A DNA stretch of 64,000 nucleotides from Squalus acanthias (Eukaryota), in the NCBI GenBank assembly GCA_030390025.1, contig CM059432.1:45200001-45264000 (forward strand). Reading direction: 5' to 3'. Positions 51,292-61,630 of this stretch are shown here, in pieces. A program made the translations under genes and the position numbers. The stretch's first letter is position 1. The number at the start of each line of letters is the position of its first letter. The notes under the pieces are model-generated. The model was not told where the DNA came from, made no database searches, and was given only the letters and a program-made list of their open reading frames with translations.

Positions 51292-54243
51292 TCATGTCCA
51301 AATTCCTGCCCGCTCCCCGTAACCCTTAATGCCCTTTACTTCTAGGAAACTGTCTATTTCTGTTTTAAATTTAATTAATGTTGTAGCTTCTACAGCTTTT
51401 TGTGGCAGCATATTCCATGGACCTACCACCCTCTGAGTGAAGTAGTTCCTCCTCATCTCAGTTTTGAAAGAGCAGCCCCTTATTCTAAGACTATGTCCCC
51501 TAGTTCTCGTCTCACCCGTCATCGGGAACATCCTCCCCGCATCCACCCGATCCAACCCCTTCACAATCTTATATGTTTCAATAAGATCGCCTCTCATTCT
51601 TCTGAACTCCAATGAGTAGAGTCCCAATCTACCCAACCTCTCCTCATATGACCACCCCCTCATCCCCGGGATTAACCGAGTGAACCTTTTTTGCACTGCC
51701 TCGAGAGCAAGGATGTCTTTCCTTAAGTAAGGACACCAAAACTGTATGCAGTATTCCAGGTGCGGTCTCACCAATACCTTGTACAACTGAAGCAATACCT
51801 CCCTATTTTTATATTCTATCCCCCTAGCAATGAAAGCCAACATTCCATTTGCCTTCTTAATCACTTGCTGCACCTGCATACTAACCTTTTGAGTTTCGTG
51901 CACCAGGACCCCCAGATCCCTTTGCACTTCAGTACTCTCCAGTTTCTTGCCATTAAGATAATAAATTGCTCTAGGATTTTTCCTGCCAAAGTGCATCACC
52001 TCACACTTTCCAGTGTTGTATTCCATCTGCCAAATCTCTGCCCACTTACTTAGCCTGTCTATGTCCCCTTGCAGGTTTTTTATGTCCTCCTCACTCACTA
52101 CTTTCCCTCCCATCTTAGTATCATCTGCAAATTTTGATATGTTACACTTGGTCCCTTCCTCCAAATCGTTAATATAGATTGTGAAGAGTTGGGGACCCAG
52201 CACTGACCCCTGTGGAACACCACTAGTTACTGATTGCCAGTCTGAGAATGAACCATTTATCCCAACTCTTTGCTTTCTGTTAGATAGCCAATCCTCTATC
52301 CATGCCAGAATATTACCCCCAATCCCGTGATTTTTTACCTTAAGCAATAATCTTTTGTGTGGCACCTTGTCAAATGCCTTTTGGAAGTCTAAATACACTA
52401 CGTCCACTGGTTCCCCTTTATCCACTCTATATGTTACTTCCTCAAAGAACTCCAGCAAATTTGTCAAACATGACTTCCCCTTCGTAAAACCATGCTGACT
52501 TTGTCCTATTAAATTATGATTATCCAAATGTCCTGTTACTGTTTCCTTAATAATGGACTCCAAAATTTTACCTACCACAGATGTTAGGCTAACCGGTCTA
52601 TAGTTACCAGCCTTCTGTCTACTGCCCTTTTTAAATAAGGGTGTTACATTAGCAGTTTTCCAGTCTGCCGGGACCTTAGCGGAATCCAGGGAGTTTTGAA
52701 AAATTATTACCAATGCATCTACAATCCCTACCGCCACTTCCTTCAAGACTCTAGGATGTAAGCCATCAGGTCCAGGTGATTTATCCGCCTTGAGTCCCAT
52801 TATTTTACCGAGTACCACTTCCTTAGTGATTTTGATCGTGTTTAGCTCCTCTCCCCCTATAGCCCCCTGTTTGTCCAGTGTTGGGATATTCTTAGTGTCC
52901 TCTACTGTAAAGACTGATACAAAATATTCATTCAGTGTTTTTGCCATCTCCATATTTCCCACCATTAATTTCCCGGTCTCATCCTCTAAGGGACCAACAT
53001 TTACTTTAGCCACCCTTTTTCTTTTTATATAACTATAAAAACTCTTACTATCTGTTTTTATATTTTTTGCTAATTTACTTTCATAATCTATCTTCCCTTT
53101 CTTAATCAATCTTTTTGTTATTTTTTGCTGCCTTTTAAAGTTTTCCCAATCCTCTGTCCTCCCACTAGATTTCGCTACCTTATATGCCCTTGTTTTTAGT
53201 CGAATACTATCCTTAATTTCTTTACTTAGCCACGGATGACTGTCCTTTCTTTTACACCCTTTTCTTTTCAGTGGAATATATTTTTTTTGGAAGTTGTAAA
53301 ATAACTCCTTGAATGTACACCACTGATCATGTGTCGTCTTACCCTTTAATCTATTTTCCCAATTCACTCTACTCAATTCCGCTCGCATACCTTCATAGTC
53401 TCCTTTATTCAAGCTTAGCACGCTTGTTTGAGATCCAACCTTCTCACCCTCTAATTGAATATGGAATTCAACCATGTTATGGTCACTCATTCCAAGGGGA
53501 TCCTTTACTAGGACATTTTTAATTAATCCTGTCTCGTTACACAGGACCAGATCTAAGGTTGCTTGCTCCCTGGTCGGTTCAGTTACATACTGCTCAAGAA
53601 ACCCATCCCTAATACACTCAATGAACTCATCCTCAAGGCAGCCCTGCCCCATTTGATTTGTCCAATTAATATGATAGTTAAAATCCCCCATAATTATAGA
53701 TGTTCCCTTATTACATGCCTCAACTATTTCCTGATTGATACTCCGTCCAATAGAGTTGCAACTGTTCGGAGGCCTATAGACTACGCCCACTAATGTTTTT
53801 TTCCCCTTATTATTCCTTATCTCCACCCAAACTGTTTCATTATCATGATTTTTTGACCCAATATCATTACTCTGTATTACAGTGATTCCTTCCTTTATTA
53901 ACATAGCCACCCCACCTCCCCTTCCTTCCTGCCTGTCCTTCCTGATCGTTAAATAACCTGGTATGTTTAATTCCCAGGCATTGTCACCCTGCAGCCATGT
54001 TTCTGTAATGGCCACAATATCATAACCATATGTAGTTATTTGTGCCATTAACTCGTCTATTTTGTTACGAATGCTACGTGCATTCAGATAGAGAACTTTC
54101 AAATATGCTTTGTGGCACTTAGTTCCTGCTTTTTCACTTTTTACCAGTTTACCTTTTACTCCACACACTCTGTCCCTTCCTGCCACGCTCTGATTTGTGA
54201 TTCCCCTACTGCTACCTATGTCTATGACCCTCTCTGTTGTCAT
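51292..54243 (-). CDS. CR1 ORF2: APE endonuclease + reverse transcriptase (983 aa)
   Basis: [35 protein letters not shown]; no stops. Confidence 0.96.
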   Translation of the reverse strand: MTTERVIDIGSSRGITNQSVAGRDRVCGVKGKLVKSEKAGTKCHKAYLKVLYLNARSIRNKIDELMAQITTYGYDIVAITETWLQGDNAWELNIPGYLTIRKDRQEGRGGGVAMLIKEGITVIQSNDIGSKNHDNETVWVEIRNNKGKKTLVGVVYRPPNSCNSIGRSINQEIVEACNKGTSIIMGDFNYHINWTNQMGQGCLEDEFIECIRDGFLEQYVTEPTREQATLDLVLCNETGLIKNVLVKDPLGMSDHNMVEFHIQLEGEKVGSQTSVLSLNKGDYEGMRAELSRVNWENRLKGKTTHDQWCTFKELFYNFQKKYIPLKRKGCKRKDSHPWLSKEIKDSIRLKTRAYKVAKSSGRTEDWENFKRQQKITKRLIKKGKIDYESKLAKNIKTDSKSFYSYIKRKRVAKVNVGPLEDETGKLMVGNMEMAKTLNEYFVSVFTVEDTKNIPTLDKQGAIGGEELNTIKITKEVVLGKIMGLKADKSPGPDGLHPRVLKEVAVGIVDALVIIFQNSLDSAKVPADWKTANVTPLFKKGSRQKAGNYRPVSLTSVVGKILESIIKETVTGHLDNHNLIGQSQHGFTKGKSCLTNLLEFFEEVTYRVDKGEPVDVVYLDFQKAFDKVPHKRLLLKVKNHGIGGNILAWIEDWLSNRKQRVGINGSFSDWQSVTSGVPQGSVLGPQLFTIYINDLEEGTKCNISKFADDTKMGGKVVSEEDIKNLQGDIDRLSKWAEIWQMEYNTGKCEVMHFGRKNPRAIYYLNGKKLESTEVQRDLGVLVHETQKVSMQVQQVIKKANGMLAFIARGIEYKNREVLLQLYKVLVRPHLEYCIQFWCPYLRKDILALEAVQKRFTRLIPGMRGWSYEERLGRLGLYSLEFRRMRGDLIETYKIVKGLDRVDAGRMFPMTGETRTRGHSLRIRGCSFKTEMRRNYFTQRVVGPWNMLPQKAVEATTLIKFKTEIDSFLEVKGIKGYGERAGIWT

Positions 54244-54281
54244 TTTTATTTTTTGCTCTCTTGAAACCTCCCCCCCACTAA

Positions 54282-55238
54282 TTAGTTTAAAGCCCTCTCC
54301 ACAGCCCTGGTTATTCGATTCGCCAGGACACTAGTCCCAGCACTGGCCAAGTGAAGTCCGTCCCAACGGAACAGCTCTCTCCTGCCCCAGTACTGGTGCC
54401 AGTGTCCCAAGAAGCAAAACCCATTTTTCCCACACCAGTCTTTGAGCCACGCATTCAACTCCCTGATTTTATTTACCCTAGCCAAATTTGCTCGTGGCTC
54501 AGGTAGTAATCCAGAGATTATTACCCTCGAGGTTCTGCTTTTTAATTTGGCCCCTAGCTGCTCAAACTCCCTCAGCAGAACCTCTTTCCTTGTCCTATCT
54601 ATGTCATTGGTACCAACATGGACCACGACAACTGGATCCTCCCCCTCCCACTCCAAGTTTCTCTCCAGCCCAGAGGAGATGTCCTTAACCCTGGCACCGG
54701 GCAGGCAACACAGCCTTCGGGACTCTCGCTCTTGGCTGCAAAGAACCCTATCTATCCCCCTAATGATACTATCCCCTACCACTACAACATTTCTTTTTAC
54801 TCCCCCCACTTGAATGGCCCCCCTTACCACGGTGCTGTGGCCAGGTTGCTCATCCTCCCTGCAGTCCCCGCTCCTATCCACACAGGGAGTAAGAGCCTCG
54901 AACCTGTTGGACAAGAGCAAGGGCTGCGGCTCCTCCAACACTACCTCCTGGATCCCTGTACCTGCCTCACTCGTAGTCACACCTTCCTGTCCCTGACCAC
55001 GGGCTACTTCTGAATTAGTTACTCTAATTGGTGTGACTACCTCCTGAAACACGGAGTCCAGGTAACTCTCCCCCTCCCTGATGTGTCGCAGTGTTTGAAG
55101 CTCGGACTCCAGCTCATCAACACGGAGCCGGAGTTCCTCGAGCAGCCAACACTTACTGCAAATGTGTTCACCGTGAACATCAATGGTGTCCACCAGCTCC
55201 CACATATTGCAGCAGTAACACATCACCTGCTCTCCCAT
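54282..55238 (-). CDS. CR1 ORF1: Zn finger, coiled coil, SGNH esterase (318 aa)
   Basis: CYCC..CSKC, leucine heptads, VVGDS, PGARV, VGTND, DGLHL. Confidence 0.93.
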   Translation of the reverse strand: MGEQVMCYCCNMWELVDTIDVHGEHICSKCWLLEELRLRVDELESELQTLRHIREGESYLDSVFQEVVTPIRVTNSEVARGQGQEGVTTSEAGTGIQEVVLEEPQPLLLSNRFEALTPCVDRSGDCREDEQPGHSTVVRGAIQVGGVKRNVVVVGDSIIRGIDRVLCSQERESRRLCCLPGARVKDISSGLERNLEWEGEDPVVVVHVGTNDIDRTRKEVLLREFEQLGAKLKSRTSRVIISGLLPEPRANLARVNKIRELNAWLKDWCGKNGFCFLGHWHQYWGRRELFRWDGLHLASAGTSVLANRITRAVERALN

Positions 55239-55447
55239 TCTATGTAATTAATTAAAAATGTATTATTTACCCTTCAGTTAATTTATGTCAGCAGTCTCTG
55301 CTACACCACAGATACCCGAGAAACAATAAAATTGAAGTTTTGTATAAAAAAAAAGAGAAATACTCACCAACCAATCACTTACCTGCTTTCTGGTGACGTC
55401 ACACTTCGATTATTTTTTACCTCTCTCCTGCTCTCGGCTTGGTGAAA

Positions 55448-55631
55448 GCCTACCTGGTCGCTGCCGCCTTTTACCGCCGCCGCCTCTGTGGGCCTACCTG
55501 GTCGCTGCCGCCTTTTACCGCCGCCGCCTCGCCGCTGTTGCTCCACCCAGGTCCGCCGCCTCTGTGGGCCTACCTGGTCGCTGCCGCCTTTTACCGCCGC
55601 CGCCTCGCCGCTGTTGCTCCACCGCCTCTGT
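55448..55631 (-). repeat. GC-rich tandem monomers at the CR1 5' end
   Basis: gcctacctggtcgctgccgccttttaccgccgccgcctc occurs three times. Confidence 0.9.
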
Positions 55632-57808
55632 AGAGTAAATTGACAAACTAGAGGAAATCCTATGAAGTTGACAGTTGGCCAAAGCAACAGGGATAAAACC
55701 ATTCCTGCCATTTTAGCACAGGAGGAAAATGATCCCTCTCTAAACTTTTGAAAGATATATAAAGAGGCATGCAGGAGTTTTTATTTTGTAAGAGAATTAA
55801 TATTGTTGCACATTTTCTTCTTTTCTACCTGAGCGAGTTCTGAAGTCTAAGATATGGTCACTGCACTTTTATTTTCAAAGAAAATTACAACTAAACACGT
55901 TTGCCGCAACAGCCTGAGAGGATCCCTGTTCTTGGTTAGCTTTTGAGGCCATGCACTTTGTTTGATTTGATTGGGTTTCGTAAATAGCAACTTTTGCCAT
56001 TTGGTTCTGTATTTCAATCTGATGAACCTGAATTGGAACCGGCTCTTCAAACTAAGGTTGGTTTCAGCCTGGCTACAATAGTCAAGCCTGATTTTGTATA
56101 CTGGACCTGGAGTATCGATGCATGAAATAATGATTCAGTAAAGTCCTCAAAACATATATCACACTTCACTTTGGTTGATTAATGTTGGTCCAAAAGTCAT
56201 TCAGTCTGAGATATATTGATTTGCTTTTTTTCAAGTCAATAAAAGCACCATTCTGAAGGTTACAGTTGATCAGCAATATGATTTGTAAATGTGTTTTGTC
56301 TTTTGCTCATCACTACTGAAGTAGCAGATTACAGCCTCAAAAATGAGGGCTGAGTAATGATCCTGCACGGTTTTAGCACAGCAACAAAATTATTGTTCAG
56401 TAATAAGTTTTTGCAAGGATTACTTCTCTATTTTACATGCAATAAGAACTTTTTCAAATTCATAATCACATTAATTTAAATGTACTTAAATTATGTTGCT
56501 GATTCCCTGATACGTGTTTGATAATTTCCTTTAAGTATTGCTTATTGTGAGAACTATATTCAGCGGATATTTTCATTATTTTTTTAACCAACAATTAAAC
56601 TTAGTTCTTATTTAGATCCTATTTATGCTTGCAATTTTCTGAAGCAGCATAAATACTGCGATTAAATCATCACCAAATCATATTAGTTTTAGTGTTTCCA
56701 AGAATCTTTTATGTTGACTTAACTTGAGTATAAATTCTGGCAGAATTGAAATCAGTTTCACCTACATTCATTCCTTCTATTATACAATGCAGTGTGATGT
56801 CATACTCAACATCTGATCTCACCTGCTGCAGACTAATATCTTGATTTAAATTATAGCATTTCACATAAAAACTACGCTCACTGAAATGATCCTGTACAAG
56901 GTCAGAGTCTGAGCTGGGTGATACAGAGGCCCTTTCTAAAATCCCAATAGATTGGGTATCAGTTGATCACTAGGAATTTTCAATGGCAACACCTGAGTCG
57001 CATGGAAAAAGGTGATTGGTTCTGGATCCATGTAATCAATGTAATTGTAGAGTTAATAAGAGTCTCTAACAGTTTTCAGCGAACTTGACAATGTAAGGAT
57101 GTAAGGCTCGAATTTGCTTTTAATTGGTGGGCTATCAGTGCAGCAGGAGAACCACTCATCCACATGATACCTCTGTTAACCCATCAGTTTTCCTCCCAGG
57201 GTGCTCATTGGCTATGTGGGGTGGTTTGGAGCAGTAATACTGCTCCTCAAAGATTTGCTGTCACTGGGACGGAGGGAAGTCTGTGCATTTAAAACACTGC
57301 AGCCAATTAAAGGGACACATGTGGCTTTGGAGCAGCCAATATTCAAGAGAGAACAGCAGCCTCAACAGTGTTAGTAACAGGGTGAGCCCTCAGATTCTCG
57401 GATGTATCCTAAGAGTCCTGACCCTCCTCAACAGAAGTCAGGGCCAGAAGAAGAAGACTGTTGGGCACTGAGGGTAGGAAGCCCCACCAGAGGGTTGTTC
57501 AAGCAGTATGGAACGAAATGGCAATGGCAGTGAGTGCTATCTCCACCACCTCAAGAATTGCCAAACATTTCAGAAAGTGGTTCAATTACCTCATAAGAGT
57601 GGCCAAGGTGAGTCAAGGTACTGTTGCCAATCCACTTTCTGTACCAATGATAGAGACTTCACTCATCTCTTTATCTATTATAATCTTAAGCTTGCTAGTC
57701 AGCAACTTCTGCAAGCACTCAAGCACCATCATTATTCAAAACTACTCAGTCAACTCACATTGCTTGACACAAGGGGTTCTGCTAGTCTTTAAGGTCTCTT
57801 TTTTTTTA

Positions 57809-58025
57809 TGATGCGGAGATGCCGGTGTTGGACTGGGGTGGACAAAAGTGAGAAGTCGCACAACACCAGGTTATAGTCCAACAGCTTTATTTGAAATCAC
57901 AAGCTTTCGGAGCGCTGCTCCTTCGTCAGGTGAAGACTTCTCAGGTGACGAAGGAGCAGCGCTCCGAAAGCTTGTGATTTCAAATAAAGCTGTTGGACTA
58001 TAACCTGGTGTTGTGTGACTTCTCT
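57809..58025 (-). mobile_element. Penelope-derived palindromic mini-element with two hammerhead modules
   Basis: ~80-bp inverted arms; approximate TSD ctcttttttttta. Confidence 0.88.
57897..57933 (-). ncRNA. Minimal type I hammerhead ribozyme motif (family 1)
   Basis: TCAC-CTGACGA-A-GGAG-cagcg-CTCC-GAAA-GC-TT-GTGA. Confidence 0.85.
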
Positions 58026-58289
58026 TTTTTTTTAATGGGACGATGCACCAGCACTTTACATGTGGGGAAGTCTCCATGCTACTCTCATGCCTTTAACATT
58101 GTATTTGCTACCTCCAAAGGAAAAGCTCACCTGTAACTATTGCCAGAGAAATGTAATCCGGGAAGGAGCACCAGCACTAAAAACCTGGTCCATGTGAGTC
58201 CTTAAAACTTGAGTCCATATGATGAGGAGACATTTGACATGATAGGCAGATCAGCAGAGAGAATGTGAGAGTGCCCCTATTTCTTCAAG

Positions 58290-58632
58290 AAAGAAAAAGA
58301 AAGACTTGCATTTATATAGCACCTTTCATGACCACCGGACATCCCAAAGCACTTTACAACCAATTAAGTACTTTTTGAAGTGTAGTCACTGTTGTAGTGC
58401 AGGAAATGTGTCAGACAATTTGCGCACAGCATGCTCCCACAAACAGCAATGTGATAATGACCAGGTAATATTTTTTTTAGTGATGTTGATTGAGGGATAA
58501 ATTGAGGGATAAGTATTGGCCAGGACACCGGAGATAGCTCCCCTGCTCTTCTTCGAATAGTGCCGTGGGATCTTTTACGTCCACCTGAGAGGGTAGATGG
58601 GGCCTCGGTTTAACGTCACATCCGAAAGACAG
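58290..58632 (-). mobile_element. Deu-domain SINE fragment
   Basis: Homologous to 29205-29559. Confidence 0.8.
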
Positions 58633-58666
58633 ATCAAGGGGGAATGTTACAGTTAAAAAAGGTTTA

Positions 58667-59510
58667 GGGCTGGATTTTCATTGACCCATGGAGGCGGGTT
58701 TGGAGGCGTGTGGGAGGTTAAAGTTGCAGATTCGCGAGTCCCGACCCCATCCCGCCCCCAACCCGCCTCCATGCCAGTTTCGCTGGCGGCGGGTACCCGA
58801 CCTGTGCTGGGACCCGCCTCCCCGAGGCGGGAAGGGGATTAGTGACAATTAACTGCCTGTTAACAGATAGTTAACAGGCAGTTTTTTGCCTAATCCCTAT
58901 TTTGAAGGCTGAAATGTGGGCTTCCCGACAGGTGCCAACCACACCAAGTTAGCGAGGCAGACCGTGGGTCTGCAGGGGTTGGAGGGGTCGATATGTCCGG
59001 TGGGCAGGTGAGTGATGGGTGCATGTGTGCAGAGGTAAGTGTGTAAGGTAAGTGCAAAGTGTGGGAAAAGTTTTACTTACCTTAACTTCCTCCTGCAGGT
59101 GTCAGCCCTTCAGTTCTCGGGAGTCAGAAATCTCACCGGCACAGAAAGCAGAAAGGCCGTGGTGCGGTCAAAAGTTTCAGCCTCTGATATCTGTGCTGGA
59201 ATGATTTCTAACTCAGCCTGAGAGGAAGGACTCAAAGTTAGAAGACAAATTGTCAGTGTTTGACAGCTTCACAGAGCTGTCAAACGCTGATATTTAATCT
59301 GTCAAAAGCTCTTGACAGATGAAATGTCAATCTGTGACATCACCTGTTGCCGGGTGGCCCTTAATTGGCCTGCTGAGCTCACTGGGCGGGCTCAACAAGG
59401 TCAATCAAGGGAAAATACAGTGGGTTGGCCACAAGTCGATGGAGGCAGGTCTACAACCCAAAAAGTGGGATTCCCGACCCCATCACGTCCCCAGTATCAA
59501 AATCCAGCCC
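58667..59510. mobile_element. Harbinger/Tourist-type MITE (844 bp)
   Basis: Perfect 12-bp TIR gggctggatttt; TTA TSD on both sides; no credible ORF. Confidence 0.92.
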
Positions 59511-60119
59511 TTACTGTTTTTCACCTTATGGGGGGCGGGGGAGGGGGGAGGGCAGTGGTGTTGCAGGGGTCCTTGCAAGAAATGGGTGGCCACTTCCAGA
59601 TCCGAATCTACTGGTGTGTCCAGAGCCACAACTGGTGCCCATCCTCACTAAGTCCATCATCACATCTCACCGACTGCAGCACCAACCCACGAACACCCAG
59701 CCAGGAGGAAGTAGTTAGAGAGTTTGGAGTGCTTTCACTGAGTGAAGCACAGAGGGCTAGTGAGCATGAGGACCTGGGAGTGGAAGACAGAGAGAGTGCC
59801 GTTCCTCCACAGAGGGGGCAGAAATGGTCGTATTTGGCTGAAGGATCAGTCTACAAAAAAGCTTTTATTAGAGAGCATTGATCTCATGTGGGGGACAGTG
59901 GAGGTAATTTGCATGGATTTGGTTAAGATGTTAGACAAGTGGCAGGAATCTACTACCTGCCTCTGCAATACATTGCAAGAAGTTTCTCACGAGCTGCACA
60001 ACGTTCTGAAAAAAGTGACAATCCAAGGGATTACTGTAATGTTAAGATGCTAGGAAGAGCTTCTAAATATATTGGTGGCATCAGGAGTGGCAGCTAACTG
60101 TGCTGCAATAGAGGCTTTG

Positions 60120-61630
60120 AACATAGGAACATAGGAACAGGAGTAGGCCAATGAGCCCCTCGAACCTGTTCTGCCATTCAATGAGATCATGGCTGATCTG
60201 TGACCTAACTCCATATAACTGCATATCCCTTAATATCTTTGGGTAACAAAAATCTATCAATCTCAGATTTAAAGTTTACAATTGATCGAGCATCAATTGC
60301 CGTTTGTGGAAGAGAGTTCCAAACTCCTACCACCCTTTGTGTGTAGAAGTGTTTCCTAATTTCACTCCTGAAAGGTCTGGCTCTAATTTTTAGACTTGCC
60401 TCCCAGTGCTGGCCTCCCCAACCAGCAGAAATAGTTTCTCTCTATCTACCCTATCAGTTCCCCTTAATATCTTGAAAACTTCGATCAGATCACCCCTTAA
60501 ACTTCTAAATTCTAGGGAATACAACCCTAATTTGTGTAATCTCTCCCCGTAACTTAACCCTTGGAGTCTGAGTATCATTCTGGTAAGCCTACGCTACACT
60601 CCCTCCAAGGCCAATATATCCTTCCTAAGGTGTGGTGCCCAGAACTGCTCGCACTACTCCAGCTGTGGTCTAACCAGGGCTTTGTATAGCTGCAGCAATA
60701 ACTTCTACCCCCTTGTATTCTAGTCCTCCAGATATAAAGGCCAGCATTCCATTAGCCTTTTTGATTATTTTCTGTACCTGTTTATGATATTTTAATGATC
60801 TATGTTTCTTTGGACCTCCACTGTTTTTAGCTTTCCACCATTTAGAAAGTACCCTATTCTGTCCTTTTTAGGTGCAAAGTGGATGACCTCACATTTGCCT
60901 ACATTGAAATCCATTTGGTACAGTTTTTCCCATTCACTTAATCTATCAATATCCCTTTGTAATTTTATGCTTTCATCTACACTGCCTACAGTGCCGCCTA
61001 TCTTTGTGTCATCGGCAAATTTGGATATATGACTTTCTATGGCATCATCTAAGTCGTTAATAAATAGTGTGAATAATTGAGGCCCCAACACAGATCCCTG
61101 CGGGACACCACTAATCACATCCTGCCAATTTGAGTACCTACCCATTATCCCTACACTCTGTCTCCTGCCGCTCAGCCAATTTCCTAACCAGGTCAATTAT
61201 TTGCCTTCAATTCCATGAACTTCTACCTTAGTTAACAATCTCTTATGTGGGACTTTATCAAATGCCTTCTGGAATTCCATATAAATAACATCCATAGACA
61301 TTCCCCTGTTCACTACTTTAGTCACCTCCTCAAAAAATTCAATCAGGTTTGTCAGGCATGACCTACCTTTCACAAAATCATGCTGGCTCTCTCTGCTCAA
61401 CTGAAAGTTTTCGAGGTGTTCAGTCACGCTATCCTTAATTATGGACTCTAGTAATTTCCCGACAACAGATGCCAGGCTAACTGGTCTATAATTCCCTGGC
61501 TTCCCTCTCCCGCCATTCTTAAATAGTGGAGTGGCATGCACAATTTTCCAATCTAAAGGAACAGTTCCCGAATCGTGAGATCTTTGGAAGATTATAGTTA
61601 GGGCATCAGCAATGTGCTCACCTACTTTTT
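60120..61630 (-). mobile_element. CR1 LINE, 5'-truncated
   Basis: [27 protein letters not shown] tail. Confidence 0.93.

Larger units (their letters stand above)
51055..55631 (-). mobile_element. Apparently full-length CR1 LINE with intact ORFs
   Basis: GC-rich 5' repeats, ORF1, ORF2, 3'UTR and (TTCTTATG)n tail; no clear TSD. Confidence 0.95.

Noticed and set aside
55847..56110. Possible host exon on the minus strand
   Set aside because: Short open frames with no recognisable protein and no convincing splice pair.
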